Made by a program: the position numbers and the translations under genes. A stretch of 62,087 nt of DNA, the filler included, from Collodictyon triciliatum (lineage: Eukaryota), in assembly GCA_043381765.1 (NCBI GenBank). It is 7 parts of 7 records of this genome, joined end to end, with 100 filler letters (N's around TTAATTAATTAA, not from the genome) between each part and the next. Parts side by side here need not be neighbours in the genome. Positions count along the whole stretch, not along the records: positions 28,145 to 38,220 come from JBHJMP010002801.1; positions 38,321 to 48,396 come from JBHJMP010002802.1; 5 more parts are not named here. One strand, given 5' to 3'. The notes under the pieces were generated by a model that worked only from the letters and a program-made list of their open reading frames with translations, was not told where the DNA came from and searched no databases. Below are positions 31,835 to 44,600 of this stretch, in pieces. Every line of letters begins with the position of its first letter. The stretch's first letter is position 1.

Positions 31835-33475
31835 ATGTCGACCCACTACGAGCTGCAGGTGAAGCCAAAGGATGGCATCTCCAATCTCCGCTTTGCTCCA
31901 AACAGCGATCTTCTTCTTGTGTCTTCCTGGGATTGTGTGAGTAAAGTGTTCTCTGCTGACCAACTTTCTGCTCTGTGGTGCCCACCCGAGTGCGCAATCA
32001 TGTCACCCTCGCCACGATAATTACTGGAAAAAGAAAAGAAAAGAAAAGAACCTGAAACCTTGTCGAATATCCTATTCTATCACATTCCATCCATTCTCAT
32101 CGCTATTTTAGTTGCTGACATGCTATTCTGTCATACTTGTTTTCCTGGGTTATCTGTATTTTCCTACAGTCTGTCTATCTGATTGACGCACAGCATGATT
32201 CCCTTCGGCTGACGTTCGATAGCAGAGCGCCAATTTTGGATTGCTGTTTTGCCGACGATGACAGACAAGCATACAGCTGTGGTGTAGATACCCAAGTGAA
32301 GGCGTAAGTCCAATCGTCCATGCACTACAACTTTATTCGTCCTCTAAGTCCACATGTTGCCAGCCCGCCTTTTTATTATTTTTACTATTATTATTGTCTA
32401 GGTCCTCTACCTAATAATAATGTATACTGTTCGATATCACTCTCGGTCAAACCTTAATACCTACTCATGTAACTAAAACAAAAAAAAAAGGTATGATATC
32501 ACAACCGGTGCAGAGTTCAATCTAGGTTCACACAGCAAGGCTGTTCGCTGCATTGAGTACTCGAGAAACCACCGTATGGACACCCTTTTGTATATAGTTT
32601 TTTTTTTTGTACCCTGTCATTTTTCTTATATCCTAGTGAGACTATTTGGAGCATTCCATACAAACGGACCATTGGAGAACACAATTTCATGATATCGCAC
32701 ATAAATCTATCCTGTTTGTTGTTTGTATCCAGGGTTGCTCATCAGCGGAAGCTGGGACTCCTCGCTCAAATGGTGGGATGTAAGAACAAATACCTGTGTT
32801 GGAACCTATGCGCAAGCAAACAAGGTCTTTACGATGTCGCTCAATGATACAAGGATCGGTGCGTAGACCTCACTATATCTACTCAGCAGTGTATTGACTG
32901 TTTTCACAGATGATTTCATCTATTGACCCTTCGTTTCATTGACATAGTGGTCGGGACTGCTGAGAGGAAGATACGTATTTATGACCTTCGAAAACCTAGC
33001 GAGCCCGAACAGGTAGAAACAACTGTCGACCCTAATGTATAAACATCCAAGAGGGTATATTGTATATTCATTCATTTTCAAATTATAGGAGAGAGACTCT
33101 TCACTCCTTCACCAGATACGAACCATTCGCTGCTTTAATGATGGCAGCGGATATGCACAAAGCTCGATTGAAGGCAGGATAGCCATGGAATATTTCGACC
33201 AGTCAGAGCAAACTCAGAAACGAAAGGTGTCTCTCACTAGAATTGCATTCATCCATGTAGCTTGACTTTATCTGCCAAAAGAAATTATTATTGTTTTCTC
33301 ATCTATGGTATGCAGTACGCATTCAAATGTCATCGCACGACTACAAACGGGACAGATATAGTATACCCTGTCAATGCAATAAGCTTTCATCCAAAGTAAA
33401 TTCTTATGCCCCAAAGCAGCTCTAGTGTGCCATTTATCATGAGGAGAAAAAAACCCTATTGTACAATCTCTTCTT

Positions 33476-33538
<63 letters not shown>

Positions 33539-34080
33539 TGGTCTTTTATTGTATAGAAATGGACAATCAAATTAAGGCGAATTGCTGTTTAGGTTTGGGA
33601 CTTTTGCCACGGGTGGCTGTGATGGTGTAGTAAGTGTCTGGGATGGAGAAAATCGTAAGAGACTGACCCAGTACCCACCATGTCCCACAAGGTTCGCAAT
33701 TTTATGACACCAGACTCTTCACTTTTTTCCAACTCACGTTTATTTCAAAATAAAACGGAATCAAATCATCCAAATTTAATCATAATTATATTTACCCAGT
33801 ATTTCTGCGCTATCCTTCAACCAAAACGGAGACAAGCTGGCAGTTGCTGTCAGCTATACGTACGAGGAAGGAGAGAAAGAGTATTTCCTTTTTTTTAAAA
33901 AATAAATAAAAATAATCCCAGTCATATCTCCCATATGCTATTTTTTCATGAAAATATGTATGACAGTTAATAGTCAGAGCTCAAGTGCCTTGACTTTTGT
34001 AATTTAGGCACCCTCAGGACTCTATCGTCATTCGAACAGTTGCTGAAAACGAGGTTAAGCCAAAACCCCGGGCTCAATAA
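31835..34080 (+). CDS. BUB3: Mitotic checkpoint WD40 protein BUB3, 10 exons
   Basis: Motifs [10 protein letters not shown]...[71 protein letters not shown] and [11 protein letters not shown], ending ...EVKPKPRAQ*. Confidence 0.95.
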
Positions 34081-35065
34081 TCTCCAGCTTTTAATGGAGA
34101 ATGATTCAATAAAAGGCGTAGCAATCATATTAGAAACGATGGCACATACTCTATTGTGCTGGCTTGTCCTTGTCCTTTAACTATTGAATATTTGTATGGA
34201 CTGTTCTAAGATTATGCTCACCTAGGTGGTCGGAGGTCTCATATACTCTGACAATGAGCCCAACAATTGTTGATGACCATCTATATTTTACTCCCTCATA
34301 TCCAAGCAGTTGAATAACTTGCATTTTCATGGCCATAAATGTAGAATACATAGCACGGATATGATGTGAATCCTGGCCCAGGAAACCGTGCTTAAATGAT
34401 GTCGCTTGTATATCGTATTTTGGGGTTTCTTTAACAAAAGTCATTCATCCCTCCACCGCGCGCACGTACTTTGCTGTCAGGGCATCAGCACATTCATATT
34501 CAAACACAAATATCGGCCTGTTATCTTTGTGAGGCTGTGGCCTTTGGGCGCTCGTTCATTTCATCCTTTTCTTGCTGTTTCTATTTCATGCGGTTTATGA
34601 TGCGATTAACACGGAATGCAAAGCCATCTATCGCGACAGCAGGAAAAAAACAGAGCCACCTGGCACACTTCCTCGTAATCATTCCAAATTTGGTATCATT
34701 ACGATATGTCCCGCTCTGTTTCGCCGAAAACAGATACAGATCAAAATTTTATCCTTTTATGAAGAAATCAACGAAAACTTTGTGAAAATCTCTCCAAAAT
34801 AGAATCTGTTATAAACGCCCAATCTGGAAGAAAGGTGGTTGAAGCGAGCGCAAAGCCGACAGCTTTTTGGCGAATAAAAAAAGGGGACGGCGATGAAGCA
34901 AAGCACGAGACAACCACGCACAACTCGATCAATGCCCGCGGACCATCGAAGCCACGCGTTCCTTCCCGGCCTTTTGCAAGGCCCGACTGACACTGCAAAC
35001 GGAGTCTGACCGAATCTCTGTGTCTCGACTCAGCAGCATAAAGCGCACCGGAAAGTCACTGCCAG

Positions 35066-36586
35066 ATGCACTCGCCGACGAGACACACGAACCCGCCTCG
35101 CAAGAATCGCGCCGTGTTTCCGGGGGTGAATCGCTCTGTGGAGATTGCTCGTCAGCCGGCAGTGGCCCACGATCGAAATGGTGTTCTTTGAGTTGGTTCT
35201 TCTGAAAAAGAAAAAGAAAAAGAAAAAGAAAAAGAAAAAGAGATATAAGAGAAAAAGAAAAATGCAAAGTAATCAAAATATCCAAACGAATAGAGAAGTC
35301 AGGATACCACGACTATGTTATGAAACAGATCGAAAACCGTGCACTCGGCTCTCCGTATCACGACTGGAGCAGAGCCGGTCACCGACCGGTGTCAGCGCCG
35401 ATGCATCGTCCGTTTCCCCGTGTCCTTCCCCAGCTGAACACAAGCCAACAACTCTTGCACAAAAACCCGCTCGCCGACGTCACAGACTCGGTCTGTGCTA
35501 TATCAATTATTATGCGGGCTGCGCGAAAGCTACAGAAAAGCCCTAAATAATTATGCGCGCAATTGGGTGGAAAAGGACATTCATTGATTTGACTTCCATT
35601 CATGTAGATACACGCCTGGTTTCTTTCTTCTTATTATATTTAATTTCTGATTTCAATTGCCAGAGTGTTGAGTTCTACGAAGGTAATGTGACGGCCGTCA
35701 AGATGTCTGACAATCAGTTCCCAAAGGCCTTAGAAGCAAAGGGTGCGGGCCACACCATAATGCAGCCAAACAGCACGATTTCTCGCTACCATACATCTAC
35801 GCAGGTCACCTTCGAAACCGGAATTCGCCCAAGAAGCTCCGGCAACAACCCACAACTGGTCGCCATTGGTAAATATTTAGTATTTAACTAGAGCGGTTAT
35901 TAGAGCACTGCCACATATGTCATTAAAACTCAGCAGAAAATGTTAGTGGAATACAGCCATCGCTGGGTCATTTATCCGTATGTTCCATTCGCAATACAGC
36001 GCATATACCGACATCGCCATACCCAGCCACTTGCTCCAGAAGAGCTTGTCATGACCATTACTTTAACAAGATTGCTGCCGAACATATCCTTGAGTCTCGA
36101 AAAGGTTCTTTGATTCAAATTAAATTTATGGACTATCTTTTTTTTTAAAAAAAAAATAATTATTTATGGTTCATAAGTTGAAATTGATCCCACTTCTCTT
36201 GAAAGAAAGAAAAAAACCACTGCACAACCTAATTTGACAAAGAATACGCCATCAGATTTTGAGATTCCAGTAGAGTCGAAGCGAATGCACTCAGTATATG
36301 CTACGTACAATTCCCACCACGGAAACTTGAATGCAACTTCGAAATTTGATGGTAGAAAATATATTAATATATCATCTGGATATAAAGCACCATATTGCGA
36401 CAAGAAATATGTCGGCTGGTCAATCACAACTGTTGTCCAATGAATTTTGTAGGCTTCCGCATGGCAAATCCGTCTGCTCCGCAAATGATTCGAGACCCAG
36501 AATCCAAAGACACTCCATTTTTTATTCATACGACTCGTGATGCTGCATTTGTTCAGGGACTTCCCTGCACGAGGACGCTGTCTTAA
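35066..36586 (+). CDS. Hypothetical basic Pro/His-rich protein, about 7 exons
   Basis: A phase-consistent GT-AG chain runs from MHSPTRHTNPPRKNRAVF... through ...VMKQIENRALGSPYHDWS... to ...GLPCTRTLS*. No family recognised. Confidence 0.5.
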
Positions 36587-37793
36587 AGTGTCTCAATTCA
36601 TGCAATTATCAGGTAGGCTTTTATTTACAAATATGTAAAAAAGAAAAAAAAGGAATCTAAAAACTAATCGTAATTTATATGGTATACTCTTTTGAAAGTT
36701 TGATATGGCCTTTCATTTTTATTCAATTCAATACTAATCGTTCATATATTCGCCATATGCTTGTCATTAAATACCGTAGGGCGTAGAAATCAACCTCCTC
36801 GCGTCCGTAAAACTGGGCTTGCACCAAAAAGAAAAGGATATCTTTATGATTCCATTCAGTTCCTCTCGTCTGTTTCTGCTTCTATTTTTTTTTCCTCTTT
36901 CGCTGGTGCTATCGTTTCCTGTGCCTTGACTCAGACTTAAAGTCAAAACAGCAGAGAATATAACAAGAGGTACACAGTACTGTCGTTGGTCGTGTTATCA
37001 GTAAATTCATAAACATACAAAGTCCCCGTAATACACAATCTCTTCAAGTATGCAAACCACTCCATAAAATTTTTGTTCGGCTTTGTTTATCGGAGATACT
37101 GGTACACAAAGAAGGGGAATATGAAGTATCACTCCTCTCAGTCGCTAATCAAGTCGAGAGATGATAGCGGAGCCTCCATGTCCTTCACTTCATGCGCTCT
37201 GGATATGCGTGTGCGTGAGACTGAGAGGAAACCAGGTGAAGTCTTTTCCCTCCCAAAGAGAACATAAGTTACATGAAAATACGAATGAAATCCTCTGTGA
37301 TATTCTATTCGCCCTTACGTATATACGTGTTGAATGACATCATGGACATCTGCCTTTCTGTTCTTCAGACTTCTCTGGTGTGCGCGGCCAGTAAGATGGG
37401 CCTTCTATTCCACACAAATAGGTTTCATCTAATCATACACCAATTCACAAAACACAACTAATATAATACCAATCAGAAACACGAGGGGAGAGACGGGAGG
37501 TGGATAGATGCATGATACTTTTATACTCTATATTTATATAATATAAAAGTATTAATGCGACTGGAACAAACAGTAAGGTCTGGCTGTTTAGATACGCATT
37601 CAAAATAATAACAAAGCTGAAGAATACAAAAGAAAAATGTTGCAGCGCAAGAATCCCGAAGAAAGGTACCCATTCTATTGTTGATCTGCATCTAACATCG
37701 CAAGGCATGCACACCCACGCATCGTCTGCTATCTCCTTCGATTTCCTGTAGTAAGCAGTAAATACTCGCTTAAACAAAAACTCTGACCAAGTA

Positions 37794-38118
37794 TCACGGT
37801 ATGAGGGTATCGAAAACATCCGCAAAACAGGAGCTATGGTGATGGGAGGCTGAGCGAAGCGAAAGACTGCCAGAAAGAAATAAGGAGAAAGAATAGGAAG
37901 TAAAAGCTATTTCAAAAAATAAATATACGTACCACCCAACACTAGCTTACTTTTTCTTTTCTTTTTATTTGAATATATATGTATATTGGTGGCCTTAATC
38001 GCTGGCAAATGAACAAAATGTCAGACCTCTTGGTGTGTTTCTTGGAGCCAAAGTGCCGAAGCCTCATGAGTTCCGAGGTGAAGTAGGAAACACCACAGAC
38101 AAGACACCCGCTGATGGA
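37794..38118 (-). CDS. 3' fragment of a matrin/U1-type C2H2 zinc-finger protein
   Basis: CLVCGVSYFTSELMRLRHFGSKKH, spliced to a short terminal exon ending DTLIP*. Confidence 0.55.
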
Positions 38119-38696
38119 CTTTTCATTCTCTTTTTGCTTTGTTACAAAAAAAAAACAAAAAAAACAAAAAAACAAAAAAAAAAAAAAAAAAAAAAAACAA
38201 AAAAACAAAAAAAAAAAAAANNNNNNNNNNNNNNNNNNNNNNNNNNNNNNNNNNNNNNNNNNNNTTAATTAATTAANNNNNNNNNNNNNNNNNNNNNNNN
38301 NNNNNNNNNNNNNNNNNNNNGACTTTTCTCTTGTGTTTTTGTTTTTTTTGTTGTTTTTTTTTTTTTTTTTTTGTGAATTGTTGTGTGTCATATGTTTTGT
38401 TTTGTTTTGTTTTCCTTTCGCACTGTCGCTCTGATTCCTTTTGTTTGGGAACAACAGAGGGAATTTCAAATGGCCGGGGTGTGGCGTTGTTCGATAAATA
38501 TTTGTCTTTACCTTTCTTTTCATTTTGATTAACCTCTTCCTATTTACTTTTTCCATTATCCTTTTTGCTTCTATTTTATCTTTTTGCTTCCCTATTACTT
38601 TTTTTTTTTTTTTTTTTTTTTTTTGCGAAAGCAAACATCTAAGAGACTGGGCCACTGGGATGAACGACAGGTTTGTGGGTGGGGTTTCTGTCGAAA

Positions 38697-41600
38697 TCAA
38701 AGGTCGTTGCAAGATGTGTTGGCATAGGTTTGTGGAGTCATCTCCTTGTCAAAGTGGGTGCGGTGGTTGTCATCGCTGGTAAAGGTGGAGATAATTCGAT
38801 CAACATACTTCTGAATAAGTCCATAGCGCAGCACAAAAGATTTTGCTTCCACCAAAAAATCTTGTGTGCGGTCGATGTACAAGATCAATACGTCTGGCCC
38901 GGCAATGTATAAGAACAAGATACCAACAAAGCCATTGAGGAGTGCCACAAGGAGAAGCAAAAAGAGCTCCAAAGCCGGACTCAGGTCAGAGTACCTGAAA
39001 AGGAGGCTTAGCATCAATGTAAAGTATAGCACCGTGAATGATAAAAGCTGCGATTTTTTCAAGGCGCCAGACATGAATGGTCGGACATATGTGTTTGCGG
39101 CTATCGTTAGAAGGATCAACCACAAGCCAAAGTATATTTGTAAAGATGCAGAAAGGAAGACACTTATCATCACAACAAAGAGCTTTTGCATCATGGACAC
39201 AATTTCCCAATAAAAGCATCTATCATCGTATCCGTCCACCAAAAACCTCATCAGGGTATACGTTTCTGATGACACATCTTTTAGATCACTTCTTTTGTAT
39301 ATCATCCTTAAAAGCAGTAACACAGGGCCTAAGAAGCAGTACATAATTAAATAGGCCAGAGCCACGTTCCTCCAAGCGAGATAAGTAGGGTCGTCGCATT
39401 CGATAGATAAGTCAGCCTTAAGATAGCTTTTTTCACCAAGGGCCTCGCATGGAAAAATATTCGAAACGCTGGCCGTAATAGTCGGATGTACGAAAAACAG
39501 CATTACCAACATTGAGTACACAAATTCCTGTTGCAGACTTTTATAACTGATGTTTGATAGCGAGATTGTTCGATGATACAAATTCCACATGTTTTTAGTG
39601 ACCATAATTACAACAACAACTCCAATCAATATGACAGGTATTAACATGGTATACAACAGCTTGTCATACACACTGGGATCAAACCGGCACTCAGTTGGGT
39701 AATTGTCAATCGAAAATGAAAACGAAAATAAAGCAGGCACCTTCATTAAAGATATCAACGATATGTCCCAGTTGACATCGAAATTGCCCAGGTACGACAG
39801 TATTTGAAAATGAGTAGATAGTGTTTTTAGTATCAAAATGTTCCTAGTTACAGGCTCTCTGGACCGTTTAATCATGTAAATAACGAATACAAATGGAAGC
39901 GTACTACTCAAAAAGACCAAAAATCCACTTCCTTCTGGAGGTGGACACATAGTACATACATAACCTATAGCCCCATATCCCTCGTCACAGACACCACACA
40001 AAGGACCAGTGTATCCCTCTGCACAAGTGACGTTTCCTCCAGTACATGCGTCTTCGTTCAAACACTTTATTGCAAAATACTCTCCATCACTCCTAAATGC
40101 CTGCCAGTAGCCAGGTGCAACATTGACATTACTTGATCCATCACAAACAAATCCCTCGGGGCAATCTCTGCACATTTTCTTCTTAGTGTCCAAGTAAGTT
40201 GTTTTGAGGCATTTACAGTCTTTATCAAATATTGAACCGGTAGTGTTAGTGACAGAATTGGGCGGGCAGTCCTTACATGATGTTTCTCCGTAATTGGAAT
40301 TGTATGTATTGGAGGGGCATTCATTGCATTGACCACCTTTCTCGAATCTACCTGGAGCACACTGGCAATCATTATCAATCAAGACATAGCCCTCTTTACA
40401 AATGCACTGGCTTTTATTCGTAGCTCCTTCAAAAATAGTGGTGAATTTGTACGGGCAACTGGAACAGAAGCTGGTGTCGTTTGTATATTTATACGTCCCA
40501 TTTTTGCAAGGAACACAATTTCCTTCATCTTCAAATCTTCCTGGAGGACAAGTGCACAATCCATTATGTATGATATATGTATCCAAACATCGACAATCAG
40601 ATATACTTAGTGCCCCGGTAGTGTTTGTTGTTGAGCGTGTGGGACATTTATTGCATGACGGGCTTCTTTCTGAGCTATAACTTCCTTGTGGACATGAAAT
40701 ACACAATGAGATATCAAATATTCCAGTTTTGTTATTGAATGTTCCAGCTGGACATGATGTGCAAGATGCTTGACCATCCTTATCATTCCAAGTGCCTTGT
40801 GGACATTGAACACATGATGATGGTCTGTAGGAGCCGGGGTTTGGGTTGAATGTGCCTCTTGGACATATGAAGCATGAACTTGAGTTTTTCTTGATTCCTT
40901 CTTTTTGATAGAATCCTGAAGAACATAGGCTGCAGGATGCGCTTCTTTCTGAACTGTAATGCCCATTTGGACATGAAATGCATGAAAATTCATTGAATGA
41001 GCCAGTTTTGTCATTGAAAGTACCAGCTGGACACGACGTGCACGAAGCTTGACCCTCTCTATCATTCCAGGTACCTTGTGGACATTCAATGCATGATGAG
41101 TCTCCATATGAGCCGGATATTGAATTGGATGTGCCTTTTGGACATGCATAACAAGATTCTGAGTCTTTCATGACTCTTTCTTTTTGATAGAAACCAGGTG
41201 AGCATAGCGTACAAGAAGAGCTTCCAACTGAGCTGTAATGGCCATTATCACATGGAATGCATGATAATTCATTATCAGAATTAGTTTTGTTGTTGAATGT
41301 ACCAGATGGACATGATGTGCATGATGCTTGACCTTCTCTATCATTCCAAGTACCTTGTGGACATTTAGTGCATGATGAGTCGCCATATGAGCCGGAGTTT
41401 GGGTTGAATGTGCCTATTGGACAAGAATAGCACGAGCTTGAGTTTTTTGTGACTCTTTCTTTTTGGTAGAATCCTGATAAACATAAGCTACAAGATGAAC
41501 TTCCAACTGAACTGTAACGACCATTATCGCATGGAACACATGATGAACTATCAAATGAGCCAGTTTTATCGTTAAATGTACCAGTCGGACATGATTTGCA

Positions 41601-44600
41601 TGATGCTTGACCCTCTCTATCATTCCAAGTACCTTGTGGGCATTTGGTGCACGATGAGTCGCCATATGAGCCGGAGTTTGAGTTGAAAGTGCCTTTTGGA
41701 CAAGAATAGCATGAGCTTGAGTTTTTTGTGAATCCTTCTTTTTGATAGAATCCTGAAGGACATGAACTGCACGATGAGCTTCTTTCTGAGCTGTAGCTTC
41801 CGTTTGGACATGGAATGCATGATAATTTATTATCAGAATTAGTTTTGTTGTTGAATGTACCAGATGGACATGATGTGCATGACGATTGTCCATCTAGACC
41901 ACTGAATGTTCCTTGTGGACATTCTACACATGATGAGTGTCCATATGAGCCGGAGTTTGAGTTGAATGTGCCTCTTGGACAAGAATAGCATGAGCTTGAA
42001 TTTTTCGTAATTCCTTCTTTTTGATAGAATCCTGATAAGCATAAGCTACATGTTGCACTTCTTTCGTTACTGTAACTTCCATTTGGACACGATACACATG
42101 ATGATGGAGAAAGTGAGCCAGTTTTATTATTAAATGTACCGGCTGGACACGATGTGCATGACACTTGGCCTTTGATTTTGTTATAGGTACCTTGTGGACA
42201 TTCGATACATGATGAATTGCCAAATGAGCCAGGATTTGAATTGAAAGTTCCTTCATGACATGGAGAACAAGAAATACTTCCTTTTAACATGTCCTCAATC
42301 TGATAATATCCAGGCGGACATGAACTGCATGATGAGCTTCTTTCTGAGCTGTAGCTTCCATTCGGACATAGAATGCATGATGATTGATCAAATGAGCCGG
42401 GTTTATCGTTGTATGTTCCAGCCGGGCATGATGTGCATGACGCTTGACCTTCTCTGTCATTCCAAGTACCTTCTGGACACTCAACACACGATTTATTTCC
42501 ATATGAGCCGGAGTCTGAGTTGAAAGTGCCTTTTGGACAAGCATGGCACGACTGGGCATCTTTATCGACTCCTTCTTTTTGATAGAATCCTGTTAAACAT
42601 GGGCTACATGATGAACTTCTTTCCAAACTATATTTCCCATTTTGACATAATACACATGATGATATATCAGATGAGCCAGCTTTGTCGTTGAATGTTCCGG
42701 CTTTGCATGGAACACATGATGCTTGACCCTGTCGATCATTCCAAGTACCCTGTGGGCATTTGATGCATGATGAGTTTCCGTATGACCCTGAGTTTAAATT
42801 GTATGCACCCTTTGGACAAGGATGGCAAGATTCAATATCTTTCTTGATTCCTTCCTCCTGATAGTATCCTGGCGAGCATGAAATACATCTCGGACTACCT
42901 ACAGAACTGTAGCTTCCATCATTACAATGCGTGCAAGTTGACACATCAACCGAGCCGTTTCCTCTGTTGAATGTACCAGCTGGGCATGAAATGCACGATG
43001 CTTGGCCCTCCTGGTCATTGTATGTTCCTTGTGGACATACTGTGCATGATGAGCTTCCATATGAGCCGGACCTCGAGTTGAATGAACCTTTTGGACACTT
43101 GTGACAAGAATACAGATCCTTTTTCACACCTTCTTTTTGATAAAAACCTGGTAAACATAGACTGCACAGTGAGCTCCTCTCTGAGCTGTAGTGACCATCG
43201 GCACATGGAGTGCATGAAAAGCTATCATGCGAGCCTGTTCTATTATTAAAAGTACCGGCTGGGCATGCGTGGCATGTTACGCCATAGACATCTCCATAAG
43301 TTCCTTGAGGACAAATACCGCAAACAGAATCACTCGCTCCTCCTTGAGTAGGGTTGTATGTACCGTTCGGGCATTTGATACATTCCACTTGGTTTGTCAA
43401 GGAGTTGTAGGTGCCTGAGGGACACAAATCACAGATTGAGCTACCGGGTGTAGATGAATACCTTCCTTTTGGGCATGGTGTGCATTCAAGTACATCTTTC
43501 GAGGCAACATTAGAGTTAAATGTACCAACGGGACAAGAAGTGCATTGGGTGGATTTTGTACTGTTCGTATATGTTCCGATGGAGCATGGATTACAGAATA
43601 ACTGGCCTTCCAAATTTGAAAAGAATCCGACAGGGCAGCCGATGCAGCTTGATTGTCCTCTTGCGCCGTTATACATACCCACATCACATGGAATACAAGT
43701 AGCTTGTCCAGATAGATTACTATATGTTCCAGGGTCACAGAGAATACAATCATCAGCTGATTTTGAGCCTTCTTTTAAATTAGAAGTACCGACTGGGCAT
43801 TTCACGCACAAAGTTTGACCCAGCATATTGTTGTATGAGCCAGCTTCACATAGCAGGCATTCTTTTAGCTCAGTAGATCCAGGTAATAGATTATATGAAC
43901 CTAGCGGGCAATTGAAACATTCAGATTTTCCATACTCGTTGTTGTAAGACCCAGCGGAACAATTTGTACACGAAGAGAAGCCAATCGATCCAGATCTTGG
44001 ATTGAATTTCCCAGGTGGGCAAAGAGTGCAGTTGTTTAGCGAAATGGACCCTATTTGATCGTTATATGTACCAGGAGGGCATTCATGACAACCAATTTGG
44101 CCTGTTTCATTGTTAAATGTACCTAACGGGCACTTATCACATATAGGTTTCCCAGTATCAGGATTATACGTTCCGAGACCACAAGGCGTGCAATCGCTCG
44201 GGCTAAAAGATCCCTCCTTTTCATTGAAAGTACCTGGAGGACACATTTTGCAGGAAAGTTTACCGAGTTCGTTGTTATACGAACCAGGGTCACAGTCGAA
44301 ACAGGACGGTTGTCCTACGTATGGGTTGTATTTCCCAGGGCTGCAAGGGATACAGCTGCCAATACCAAGAGATCCTGTAATATTATTGAATGTCCCAGCT
44401 GGGCACAAGAGACAAGTAAAAGGATCGTTTGGGTTATAATACGACCCTAAGGGACATATTTTGCATGCATAGTCAATTATATCGTAGAAAAATCCTGCCG
44501 AGCACAGAGGCCACACCTTGAGAGTATTATCCCAGGCCCCAGACACTATTTCAGAGTCATCAGGGGTTGAAACTACACTGTTTGGTGTTTTGGCATGCCC

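Noticed and set aside
34181-35000. Short minus-strand ORFs downstream of BUB3
   Set aside because: Some exon-like pieces are present, but there is no convincing product or unique phase chain.
36663-36745. Possible decayed family A copy (minus strand ATTGAATTGAATAAAAATG) between ACTAATCGT repeats
   Set aside because: Too diverged and AT-rich to distinguish from chance.
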